A stretch of 64,000 nucleotides of DNA from Catajapyx aquilonaris (taxonomy: Eukaryota), in the NCBI GenBank assembly GCA_000934665.2, contig JYFJ02000422.1, positions 62,001-126,000 on the forward strand. Direction: 5' to 3'. Position 1 is the first letter of the stretch. Each line of letters starts with the position of its first letter. Made by a program: the position numbers and the translations under genes. The notes beneath the pieces are model-generated. The model saw only the letters and a program-made list of their open reading frames with translations. It ran no database searches and was not told the DNA's origin. Below, in pieces: positions 24,765 to 37,050 of the stretch.

Positions 24765-27700
24765 TTTTAAACTACCAATATGATGTGCAGTATGTGTCGT
24801 GTCATAGAATATGAAGGGAAATGTAAGAAGATAAAACTAAGGAATGGCCTGCGTCTTATATGCCACATCACACGTTACACCGTCGCGTCGTCATGTAGAA
24901 GTTAAAATTTATGAGAAAAACACTAAGCGGCATATTGGTACTAACTTAATATTAATGTAATGGTCGAAAATAGTAACATTTGGTGTTTTTTTTGTCTTAC
25001 TGCTAAAGCTCTGCCAGCAGCCTACTTATGGTAGTCAAGATTCTCCCCTAAGATTTTTAATGGGCTGCATAGGATTCTATAGTTGTTGACAGCCGTATCG
25101 CTATAAACCATAACAGGAACGCGACCCAATATTAGAGCTTCAAAATAATGAAAGTTACTGATTTTTAGCGATTGGTATTGTATCCATGATCTATGCATCC
25201 TTTGCTTACATGTCTTGTCAGCTCTAGAGTCGTCACTGATGTGCAGAATTCTTAAGGTATACATATATCTCAGTGATGATATACTCTCTGACGGCATTGT
25301 TGGTATGTAACCTGCATTGTACTCGTCTCTCAATACTCTTGTCAGGATTGCAAGGTGTTGCAAAACAAAGGATGGAATGGAAGTGACCCTTCAAATGACC
25401 CATCTGATCTGCATTACAGGGTTTCTGACCTTTACATATTACCTATCCTATGCGTGGTTGCACGCTGTATTGTAGCTTTGCTCGTATTATGATCTCATTG
25501 TATAGCTTTTAACTGCAATATAGCAAAATTATCTCCAAACATTCCCTAAGCCTTAATTTGGCGAAGAAAAAACGATCTCTTAATATTTAAATTGTATGCA
25601 AATGGTTGCTGTATGTTATCAATGGACATTTCAATAAATAATAACTAATAGTAGTTTTAATATATGGTCGGGCAAAATATTAAACAGTAGGTCTATGTTG
25701 AAGTCAGAAAAAGGTACGAAAGATATTATTGTAAAAAGGATTGATATGCACAATTGACAGGTTTAACTATAGAGTATCTTGCATGCATTCTTTCACGAGT
25801 GTGCGAAAGAACAATCATAGGAATCTTTTGGATACCAAGATATTCGGTGTAGCCTATACCTGGGATAGTCCATTAGCCTCATTTGTTCTGATGCAGTGTT
25901 GGGATTGAGACACAGAAAGGATTTTGCATTTTGGACCTCGTTTGAAAATAGATTCGATTTTTATGTTCCTCATCTTTCATCCACAAAGATATACTCGTAC
26001 AGTTGTAGGCCTACATAGAAATTAATACAAAAATGCCGATCAAGGCCTATTGTCACTTCCACTCACATGCCGAGTAACAGTTGAGTAGCACGAACTCTTC
26101 AGAACGCGATCATACATGTCTCAGGTAACATTGAAAAAGTTCAGCAGGAAATATTTTAAAAAAAAAACTGCCAACGACTGCCATGTGTCACCCTGACAAC
26201 TGCAAAAACGGCCTCGTGGTGCACACGAGCCCATTCGGGCCTCCATTTCCGAGAGATAAAGATGAATGAGCAGCATCCGTCGTGAACCGCAATGCCATGT
26301 GCTCGTAGGCATCTCGCATATATATGTGACTCAATTCAAGAAGTGGTTGAAACTTGAGTCACTGAAATGTCCGGAAAGCCAAATAACTCTACACTTACGC
26401 ATCCGTTACATAAACTACGAAAAAAAGAGAGAGAACGCACATGGAGATTCCTTCCTGGAAATACTCTTGCCCAACATGAATGGCAGTTATGTTTCAGATT
26501 CTTCACCGGGTTAACCGTGAGTGGGTTAGCTTATAAGTGTCCGCCATGAATCAGAGGAACTCGGAAATAATTCCTCTTGCCCAGGGTCGAACGAAAAGGA
26601 AGACAAAAAAAAAAAAATACTCGTATAGATGTTACCCTTCACACGGCAACAAGCGTTGGATTAGTCATTAATTCTTACGACCTGGTTCAAGGTAGCTCAA
26701 ATCCTGCTTCCTACACCTTTTTAGAAAAGATCGCCTCAGTTTTACGTTGATGGTATTGTTGATGGTTTGTGACCAAGTTACACAAATTCTGTCACTAGTT
26801 GTTTAATAAGCTCCTGCAGAGTTTGACAGAATTCGTTGGAGCGAACTCGACAGATTGACGCCTAATCAAATATGTCTGGTCAAAACAGGCCTTACATCAT
26901 AGGATATTGACCTGCTTCCCTGATAGGATCGTGGATCGTCAATGACAATACATGGCAAAGTAATCTAGAAAAAAAATCTCATGTTCATCTGGTGTCAAAC
27001 CTGCACTCAAAAGGACCACCGATAGAACTCATAGTGCGATGCTCAAAAAGTGCTTTCCCTCTCGATATGGTGTGAACAAAAGTGAATCGTGCGAGTAAAA
27101 AAAAAGTGAAAGTTGGGTCCCGAGACGGGCACGGAAAGGCCCCAGTGTGCACGTGCCGCTATCTCAACGTTGTACTCTACGTACTGGCTATCTTGATAGA
27201 GGGCACTGGGTCTCCATGCTCGGTTCGTTTTACGCCCCTTCTAGACCCCCTCACGTTGCCCATACCCATAGGCCTTTATTAATTGGTCTGATTTTTCTTT
27301 CCTTCACCACGTTCAAACAGAACTGGTGGACGGGGCGTGCCGGAAGAGGTCACTAATTCAGTGTAGGTCAGTAGTAGCTGACAAATTTGACAATTCAGGT
27401 TGCCAATATTGGCACCTGGCCACCAAAATCAACACAGCAAGGAAAATACTGCGATTATTGGAAAAGTACTGCCAACAAAGGCTTGCATAATGTATAAGGT
27501 AAAGGTATAAGGTAGTATAAGGTATACTTTTTGACAGCTTGGTCCTAACTCTTGGATTACCTTTGTTATATCATCTCTTATATCGTTGGCTATGTAAGCC
27601 ATGCCAGAAGAAAAGTGTAAGTGTTTGTCTAGTCGGAGGGAAGTAGGCCACTGAAAGCGTAATAGATGGCACCGGCGTTTCACACGAAAACGCATGCACA

Positions 27701-30589
27701 AAATGTGTGTCGAAGAGAGAAGAGCTCGTGAATAGTCGGAACAAAAAAAAAAAGCGCCATAACCAACGGCCGTTACGGTTATGTATTCTTACGTGCAGGC
27801 CACGTAACATGTTGTGGTACAGTAGGTTAACATGTTAGTGGACCGTGAAAGAGAAATTATGCTTTTTAATGCCACAGTTTGGGAAGAAGAATACGAGTGA
27901 GATAACATGACTGGGAAGTGAACACGCGCATACAGTACAGTTGTACATGGCTGAGTTTTCTATTCATGATAGGCAAAAATTTTATTAGATAATTAAGGAT
28001 CGTAACGAAAAAGATAGGCATACAGCACCAATCGTGGGATGCTGGGATGGATTAATATTACGGTATTACGTTAAACTTTTTTACAAAAAAAGATAGCCAA
28101 TGACGGAAGGATGCTCATGTATACAGTATTCACAAAAACCTTCTAGTAATAGCTATTTGTAGTTTTTCCTCCCCATTAGTATTTACCTTCCCAAGGTTGC
28201 GTAATGTTTTTGACGCAAAGGACCACCGTCATTAGTCACTACATAGTGATCCAAGGTTGTACTTGTACCCTACCATTCCACGAGTAATTTAAAGCGTGAT
28301 GATAACAGCTTTTGAAGTCATAATGCCGTGCTGTACAGGAATATTTCACGTGTCAGTCCAGTTAATGCATGTTATGGTTGCAGATTTGTTTTGGTGTTTT
28401 GATTGTGTACAACCACGGATCAAATTTAAGGCATCATTGTAGATAAGTCCAGAAACCTCGGTAATGACCATGGTAGTAGACATCTGTAGTATCTAATCCG
28501 GAAGTGTGCAGCATGATGCTTACGTATAAAGTATAAGCTACATCCCTATACCACTAATGGAAAAAATATATCATTACCATCTGCTGCGCTAAGGTTTATT
28601 GTGCATTGTTTTAATTTGTCCTACCTGGGACTTTTATTTCCCATAGCGTTGTTTTTTGACCTTGGCCTTGGTTAGCATATTATATCAGGAGAAATCGACA
28701 TCCAAGGCTCAAGCACAGGCATGGATATATGCCGTAGTCAGTTTCGAAGTTAGAAGGTCCCGTTCTCATAGGAATGATGTAAATACGAAGCGAACCAGAT
28801 AAGCAATAAACACAAGGGAGTTTTTCCCAAGCCTATCACTTTTATTAGAAAATAATAGGAATTTCCAGGCTATTCAAGATATACATGTAACACATAGTGC
28901 GATCAGGTGACTGCTCAAAATTAAGACTAAATTATTGCGAACATATATGAAAGGAAAAAAAAAAGAATAGCTTAGTAACTTGACATTTCCTTCCTGTTGC
29001 TGGCATATTTTTTCACCTTTCCTCTTGTAATCCCGCATTAATACTTCCCGTTGTTTATCCGGAAAGTATTAACTCAAGGACTGGAAGAAATTTAATGATT
29101 CTAGTAGTGGTCAAATGAATGGGAAAGCTAGAATTAAATGAGCTTATGCAAGAATAATTTTGTGGGAGACGACATGTGTAAAAAGTGGTAAATGACTGCG
29201 AATTCTGAAGCACTGAGCCGTAAAGATATATAAAAAAAATAGTAGTGTTAAGTCACTAAGTGTGCGGTGTTGATACAGCTGGTGTTCAGGAACGTGATTG
29301 TAAATAATTTATTTCATGGTTGGTTTACTAATGCTACTATTAGGAATAAAATAAGTAAGAATTGAATATTGTAAATAAAGTGTCTGCTAACATTAAACGT
29401 GACATGTTCCATCCACTTCACACCTTTCAGGAAAACACACCGCAATTTGTGTATTGATTGAATCATGCCCGTTACACTTGTGCCCACTTGCTTGTGCCTA
29501 ACAAAAGAGGGACAAATAAATAACTGAAAAGCAATCTGGAAGTATGTGGAGCATGAAGGCAACCAGGATCGAGCCCATTGAGAAGTGCAGCCATTTACTG
29601 TAACGTGATTATACATGGGCTTCTCGTGCAGGAATGTCGGGGATAACCGCGAAGGGGGGTGGGGGAGAAGAAGGAGAGTGCTAAACTGTGGCGGAACTAA
29701 TCGCCTGACGACATTTCCGCAAATCTGGTTACAGGGTGCTCGCTACGCCAATACAGTTTATTATCTCCTAAAGAAATTGACGTACATGGACGTGGAGGAG
29801 AAAACGAAATGCTGAGCAATGCCCTTTTGTATGGCTATTTTAAACTATTGTTACTTAGATAATTAAGTTCGATAAAGAGGGGAATGAATTGCATTTTTTT
29901 GCACAATGAATGTTTTCTTTGCTGGTCAATTAACTTCTCTGCGCACATAATCCAGTCATGAATTGATGAGAGAATGGAACTCACTGCTGGGGAACAACGA
30001 CTATTTGATCTTTTCAGTAGTTTTCTTTTGAAGATCACTTGGATATGTTTCATTTTCACAGTTGTTCCTGAAGTCAAGCTACATAATTATGTTTTTAAGC
30101 GCTTAAGTTGTTGATTTTCCAGGGTGTTTTGGACAAACTGCATTTTTTGGGAACATCTGATTTTTCCTGTAAACATTTTCATGAGTGGAATAAAAACTAT
30201 TAAAAAGTAGGGTCTAACGTTAAAACGTTACACAAGTAGTTAGACTCACTTCAGCGTTCAGAACCGATTGATTTGGCATGTAGGGCACAAAAGTATGTAG
30301 TTTCCAATCATTGTTACGAATTGAACAAATACGATTCATATATGCACCGACAGCATGGAAATGTTTACCGGTACCATTGCTGCAATAAATTATTGAACCA
30401 TGTCATTAGATAAAATATGATGATGATAGCTAGCCATGCTATTTGTGGTGTATCATAGCAGAATGCTCAACTTTCCATGACTTAATAAATAGGCAGGAAT
30501 CCGGAAATTAATTGTCCGAAACAACCAGTGCAAGATATTGTATAGTTAGTTGGGAATGCTAGTGCGCGTAGTCTCAGGTAATGGCCCAG

Positions 30590-30945
30590 TTGTTTCACTT
30601 TCGCCAGGTTGGCATGTGGGGCAGGTCACTGGGTTACATCCAAAGCGATAGATATTGTTTCCTTTGCGCTCTTTTTAACAGCCTCTATATAGAAAGTGAA
30701 AACTTAATGGCGGAAAAAAAATTTATCTCTGATCTATGAACCTACATAATGATCAGGAACAGGGAAGTTTAATTGGTACTTATTCCTATATACTCTTCAC
30801 CACACAATGTTGCGCCAGTGCAAGCCACGAAATTAAATTAAATGAGCGCGAAATAGTCCATATTTATGTTCATTTTGAATAATGTGGGCGTGGTTGGTTG
30901 GAGGTGAAAGTGGGAAAGACGGTGGAACAGTTTCCCTTTCGATTG
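30590..30945. promoter_or_regulatory. Candidate enhancer: cluster of IRF/PRDM1-type motifs
   Basis: TTTCACTTTC 30593-30602, GAAAGTGAAA 30692-30701, GAAAGTGGGAAAG from 30906, TTTCCCTTTC 30931-30940, plus a KLF/Sp-like TGGGCGTGG near 30885. Confidence 0.45.
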
Positions 30946-33080
30946 CCCTTTTGTGCATCTCTCAGTTCCAGAAGATCTGGTCTAGTGAGGAGTAATTTAA
31001 TAGTATCGATGCAGTGATTCACCTGCATGGGTGCTAACGAAGAAGTTAATTCCTTCTCAGCTGCAGTAGGTGTCCCACGAAGTCGTGATTGAGATTCGAG
31101 AGAGGCGGAACCAGTTAGTTTTTTTTTTTTCCTCCCCGTCGCGTCGAAGGGAAATGTGGGTTACCAGCTCCTCCTCCTACTTCTCACCAGACTCTCCTCC
31201 ACCCTCCCCTCCCCTTCCTTCAAGTAGACATTAGCACTTGGAGAGCCTAGGGCCAAGTGAGAAAACGATATACACGGATTAGTAGATAAGGGACAAGAAA
31301 GTGCATTTATCGATCCAATTTGTGAAAGCCTCCTGTGCAGTATACAGTATAGGGAGGCCTTGAGGGTGATTCAATGTGTCAAAAATTTTATAGGCCCACT
31401 TATCTGCGTAATTGCGTATAGAACGTTGACGCTCCAACTTTGGGACGGATTATAGGCTACCTTTCAGTAGCACATACTATATTACTATGCAACACATACT
31501 GTAAGTACGTACTGTATTACAGCTCCATGTAGCCATCCGAATGTATGTGCTGTCTCCAATGGCGGGTATTTTAAAGTTGCAATTTTATTTCCTTTATTCG
31601 TGAAGATGAAAAGTCTATACAGAAGGGGGTGACAAATCATTCTGGTGCAGCGGAATTCACTACCTAGTTCCAGTTGATTACCTTGCGTCATTTATTGAGC
31701 TCATGAAGTTAAGGTCACGGGCAATCGCTACAATAGAATTACAATCATTTTTGTCGTCAGGCTTGAGGTCTTGTGTTGCCACGTTTTTAAAACTGCTCTC
31801 CGGACTATTGTTATTGTTATTGTATAGGCATATTCTCCACCTGGTCAGATATGTTTTCGTAGACGTTTGGGCTCTTCTATAATTTCCTGTAGTTGAAAGT
31901 AACTGCGGGTTATTCAAAGTATTTTAAAAACTATTGTGGATGATCCCGTCGCCATTGCCGGTAATGGTTGGCCCAAAATAAGTAAACAATGAAGGAGCGG
32001 TACCAACCAATAATGAGGTATAGGCGACCAGATACATTTGCTGCCCCATAGACACACGCGACAACCCATATTGCAGCATAAGGCAAACGGAACAGCCCAT
32101 GAATCAAGCAGTGGTTGCCTAGAGAGCATGATATGGGTGTAATAATGTTGTTGTTTTTTTTTGCATAAGGCGACCTTGCAAAAAATCATCACCTCATGCA
32201 CGGTAACCATTATCGCACTCATATCATGCTTCCCAGACGACCACTGCAATGTTCACGGGTTGTTCTTCTTGTCTTTCGTTGCAACGCGGGCTGTCACATG
32301 TGTCTATAGGGGCAGAAAAGCGTGTCACCATGAATCGCTGTAACAACTTTTTATATTGTGACTTTTCTGATGTATATTAGTGCAGTGCATCTAGTGATCG
32401 TTAGCATTCGGCACAGTGCACAAGTAGGGCATGCAACGAAAGGTTTAATAATGGCGCCAATGAATTCATCATTGCAAATAAACTAATTGATTCCATTACA
32501 AGCGGAATCAGTTTAATTTACTCGGTAATGTTTAATTAATTACCGAAAATTTAGTAGCGAGCTTTGCTGATATTATACCTATCCACTCGTAAATCCTCTC
32601 ATTTACCTGTGCAATTGCGAGTTTGTCCTATGTGCACGTATTCTTTGTTGGCATTCCATGATAAATAGCAAATACACAAGAGTTATGAGCAAGTGTGGAA
32701 ATGCAATATTTGCCGCACTTTCCGGCCATCTGTGTGGGTAACTTCCGAATGAATATGGACAATTATTATCAGTCGACCTTCACTCGATTGAGGCAGATTT
32801 GTCAATCACCTTTATCTGAATACCAGCGAAATGAGATGCCTTTTGTAATGTCAACGCCGCCGTAATTATATTTATATTTGAATATTTAATTTAATTTAAT
32901 TTAATATTTGAAATTTATTATTACACTCGAGTATATTATATGGTACCGACCTACTAGTTTGGATTTTCTGACATACGATTTTATCTTGCTGCAGGAAATA
33001 TATGTCATCGTTATGTAAATTACAGTATCTTTCGCAAATGCCACACTACAGTACTTCAGAGCAGTTACAGTACCATTATT

Positions 33081-33098
33081 CCCCCCCCCCCCCACCCN
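33081..33098. other. Poly-C tract ending in an ambiguous base N (possible assembly join)
   Basis: CCCCCCCCCCCCCACCCN with N at 33098. Confidence 0.9.
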
Positions 33099-35798
33099 TA
33101 GATATCCATTTTTCCTGCTTGTACTACATAACTTGGGGTCTGGCTCCGTGAGATGGGACCATTATAAAGGGATGGATGTCAGTTTAGTTGTACATTTTTC
33201 GCGTGGTAACTGGGTCTGAGTGAAGATTTCTCCTCATGTCCTTCCCACGACACCTGCTGAAGGCCGGAACTTGAATATCTTCACAAAACACATCTCCTGC
33301 ATTCTCACAGGAAGCACATTCAACACCCTTCCTTAGCTTATTTTTTTGTTAAATGTCCTTTTTGAAGGACGATTTTACCTTGTATCATCTAACATTACGA
33401 GTCGATGTTATATTAGTTGATATGATGCTGATCATTTTTTTTAAATACCAGTATTCATGATACTTCCTGCTATTTTAGGGAGAAAATTTTGAAACGCACA
33501 ATTTTTGCGTTGCCTTAATTTGAATTTTCATGAAAATGTATAGGCATAGGTCGTGTATAGTGAAGCACCATAGGGAGGGCTGAAACTGAACAATAACAGC
33601 GACTCAGTGTGGAAACTGCGAACCTAGAAGTTTCTCTTACTATTTTTTTTCTCTCTAATAATCCGACACAACCTCATTTTCTATATAGGGATTTTGGATT
33701 TTCGGTGATCTATCACGTATCTTCAAAGTGGACCCGCCCAGTATAGCTTTTTAAAATGTTTTATTTTTATTTTTTTAAATCTCCCGAATGTAGACCAGCT
33801 CGTGAGTAGACCTCACTTTCACTGCCAACTTTCTCCCGATGCCCATTACGACCGGAATGGGGACTACATACACGTAATTCGTGTTGAAGGTCACCTCTCA
33901 ATCCGTGCCAAATTGTCTCCCGAATTTTTTACTTCTTCTGCACACTTTGGCGACCCCTGAGAAGCAGTTTAGCACATGGTTGATAACGGTCGAGATTATG
34001 TGTCTATATGTGCGCGCAATTTTGATTCCAAGGTTTTAGTGGCTAGGAGTTAAACGATTGAATACATCATGTGTGCCAGTTGTTAACATGACCAACTTTA
34101 CTATTATTTTTTTTGTTACTTAAAAGTTGGTTAGTTAAGATTCGGAGAAAGTGATTATGTCAGGTCGTGACGCTTTTTGTGAGTCTAGGTGCAGATTTTG
34201 ACCTACACAATATGAACGTGAAATCAATATGGTGTAGCCTACGAGCCTCGCATAATATTATTGTGAACGAATGCAAAATTTTAGAAAGCACTATGAAACC
34301 AATTTCGGCAGTTTTACTGCCTTATTTTACATAAGCAGGTGTAAGACGATTACCCACTATATTTCAGAGAAACACATTGCAATTTTTTGAAAATGGTGAC
34401 TCACACGATTCACAGAATGTACTGTATTTTTCATTGTCATTAATGTTACTATTTTGCGTGACAAATGCTTTAGTGATGACTCCTTGACATCCGGCTATAG
34501 TATAGATATCTGTTATAGCGCTTTGTGAAACCTAATCCCCTAATATAATTTTTAAAGAATATATTACGTCACCATAACATTTTTCTGTAGCTAATTAGTT
34601 GTTGATTGTGTTTTTACTGTGTAACGTCTCTGAGAATGTACATTACCGAGCTAAAGTTTATACAGTAGCGTGCTAGAGCGTGGTAATAAACAGCGAGGAA
34701 GATTTCTATCTATGGTCAACATCCATTCGTGCTGTTATTTGTCACGTTACGAATACATCAAATCTGATCGGCCACCAGACTCACCGCACTTGTAATTACT
34801 GTTACGCATTACAATCTGATAAAAAGGTACCTATGAGATAAAGCCACGAAGGCACCCTCTGTTCAAGTGCCATAGTTCTTAAGGTGTGCATTCATTATTG
34901 TCGAAGTGGGACGCTCTGCACGCTAATCAAAGGCAAGGTCGTGTACATAAGCGGGGGCTGATGAGATTCGTCGTGTCTGCTGCACAAATTTTGTTTTTCA
35001 ACCTTGCATTTTGCGTGGCAGACATATGTCACTTTCGAGCCTCTTAACATTGTAAAAGAGGTTCTTTAGTGTTTGAGAGGCTGACACCATGCTTACATTA
35101 TTTGAAAATCGGCATTCACGGGGACTTAGCGGGTGATTAGCATGTGGCTGGCTTGTATAATACAGGAAAATGATATTCTAGGAAGAGGAATCAAGTTGTT
35201 TGCGAGCTTATCGGCTACCACTTCCGATGCTGCTGCGCGTTTTCTAAGAACGCTATCTAACCCTTAAGACAATACATTTGATTATGCTGGGTTACTCGTC
35301 ATTCCGCACAATATATTGAAGGTATATAGGATGCATTTTCTGCCAGAAAGGAAAAGAATCAAATGCATATAGGAAGAAATTACATGTCACAGATGATCCT
35401 TCTGCAGCATACTGCAATTATTTATTTGTGGTAATTTCTTATGCGGTTAAATCACAAGAGGGTTTCTCAGTGATTCCATGTTCAATAAAACTGAAATTAG
35501 AGTAATCTTGGGTACTATTTACAACACATGATTATGCAATAAGAGAATATGCCAAGTTGGATTGATTTATGTGTTTATATAGTTACACTTCCTCATCAAT
35601 CTGGAAGGAATCAGGAAAAAAATCATGTGTAATTTGCGAGACTATAAATATTCCAAACGTGTGAATGTCAAGTCTGACAGTACTTCTTAGATTTTTGAAT
35701 TTATTTTTGAAAGTGCGGTAGTGAATATTATGGTCCTTTTGTGGATGCGGTACTGGTTTATCAGCCCATCTGGAGTTGGATGGGGGATTTCCAATCTA

Positions 35799-35820
35799 CC
35801 CCCACCCCACACCCCACCCC
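35799..35820 (-). other. G-quadruplex / i-motif-forming tract
   Basis: CCCCCACCCCACACCCCACCCC has four runs of at least 4 C with 1-3 nt loops. It lies directly beside a kB-consensus GGGGATTTCC (35783-35792). Confidence 0.55.
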
Positions 35821-36969
35821 TTCTCTCTTCGAAAGTAGGACAACGTGGGCACAGATCATAACAGATGGCGCTCTACACAAGGAAGGTATAGAAGAGATAT
35901 ACAGTACCTAGCGACAGGTGCCAGAGGGATTGGAAATATGGAAAAAATTCTGGTGCGATACCCCCACCTACTTTCGTTGTTGTCAAGTTCAACTTTATTT
36001 ATCACGCCTGGATTATTGATCCATCGTTGATGCTGTGACTCGTATGACCTCTTCTTCTCCCTTGTCAATTCTAATATTCTGTTTAATGTGTAATGCTGTT
36101 CAGAAAGCTGAAGATTTTGACATCAACACAGCTTGATAATGTTCCGTTTTGCACAAATTACTGCACGTAGAATGACTATTCATGAGGCACCGATACCTAA
36201 ATGTCAGTGTCAACGACTACAATGGATAAAGTTCTAGACTTAATTAACCTACTTTTTTTGATATCTGAAACATTGTTATGATCCACTATTTCCGTACGAT
36301 AACATATACTGTATATGTAGCGTACAAATTAGTCAGAGTGATGTGCACAACAATGCACCAATACAACATACAATGCTCGTAATCAATTTATCATTGAACA
36401 TAATTACTGGTATGATGATACCGCAGCATCGTGGTATTATTACAAATGCCACAACAGTCATTGAGCTCTATTGTATGTTACGCAGGATGTTGTGTCACCC
36501 AGTTAATGTAGCTGCATCTATTTTAAGCACCTCTCACAATTGTTCCGACAATTTCAAAATATTATACCATTTAAATATATTTAAAAATATAGCAAAAATA
36601 TTGTTATGGCTAGTGGTAAATTCCTCTGCAATGTTGCTAGTAATGAAGAGCAGCATTGGACCTGGTGGAATATTTTTCGTGCAGTCCATTTTTTTATCAT
36701 CACGATAATTTATTTTCATGCGAATAATAGCATAACTGTAATTATGACACTGATTGGAGACAATCCAGATCTGCATTTGAACATTACACTATTTTGCAAC
36801 TCCCCCAATTTTTTTTTCTCGAAAGAAACACGTGGAATATTTTCCAACAGCCAGAAACGCTTGTTGCTACGTGACAGGTGGTTGCGGACCTGCATTTATT
36901 TCCCATGCTGGTCGAGTCGGAGTATATGGCAGTGGAGCAGGAAAAACGACAGTGGAAAAAGCGTGTCAG

Positions 36970-37050
36970 GGACAGGGAAAGTGAAGATAGCCCCGCGCCT
37001 TCCACTTATTCTGCCCACTTTCACTTTCGCTCGCTTTACTTTCCAGACCA
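36970..37050. promoter_or_regulatory. Candidate enhancer with tandem IRF/PRDM1 motifs
   Basis: GGGAAAGTGAAG near 36975 and CCCACTTTCACTTTCGC (minus strand GCGAAAGTGAAAGTGGG, core 37019-37028), in a locally GC-rich island. Confidence 0.4.

Noticed and set aside
27492..27526. Short GTATAAG iterations
   Set aside because: A low-complexity tandem of a few degenerate units with no repeat-spacer structure.
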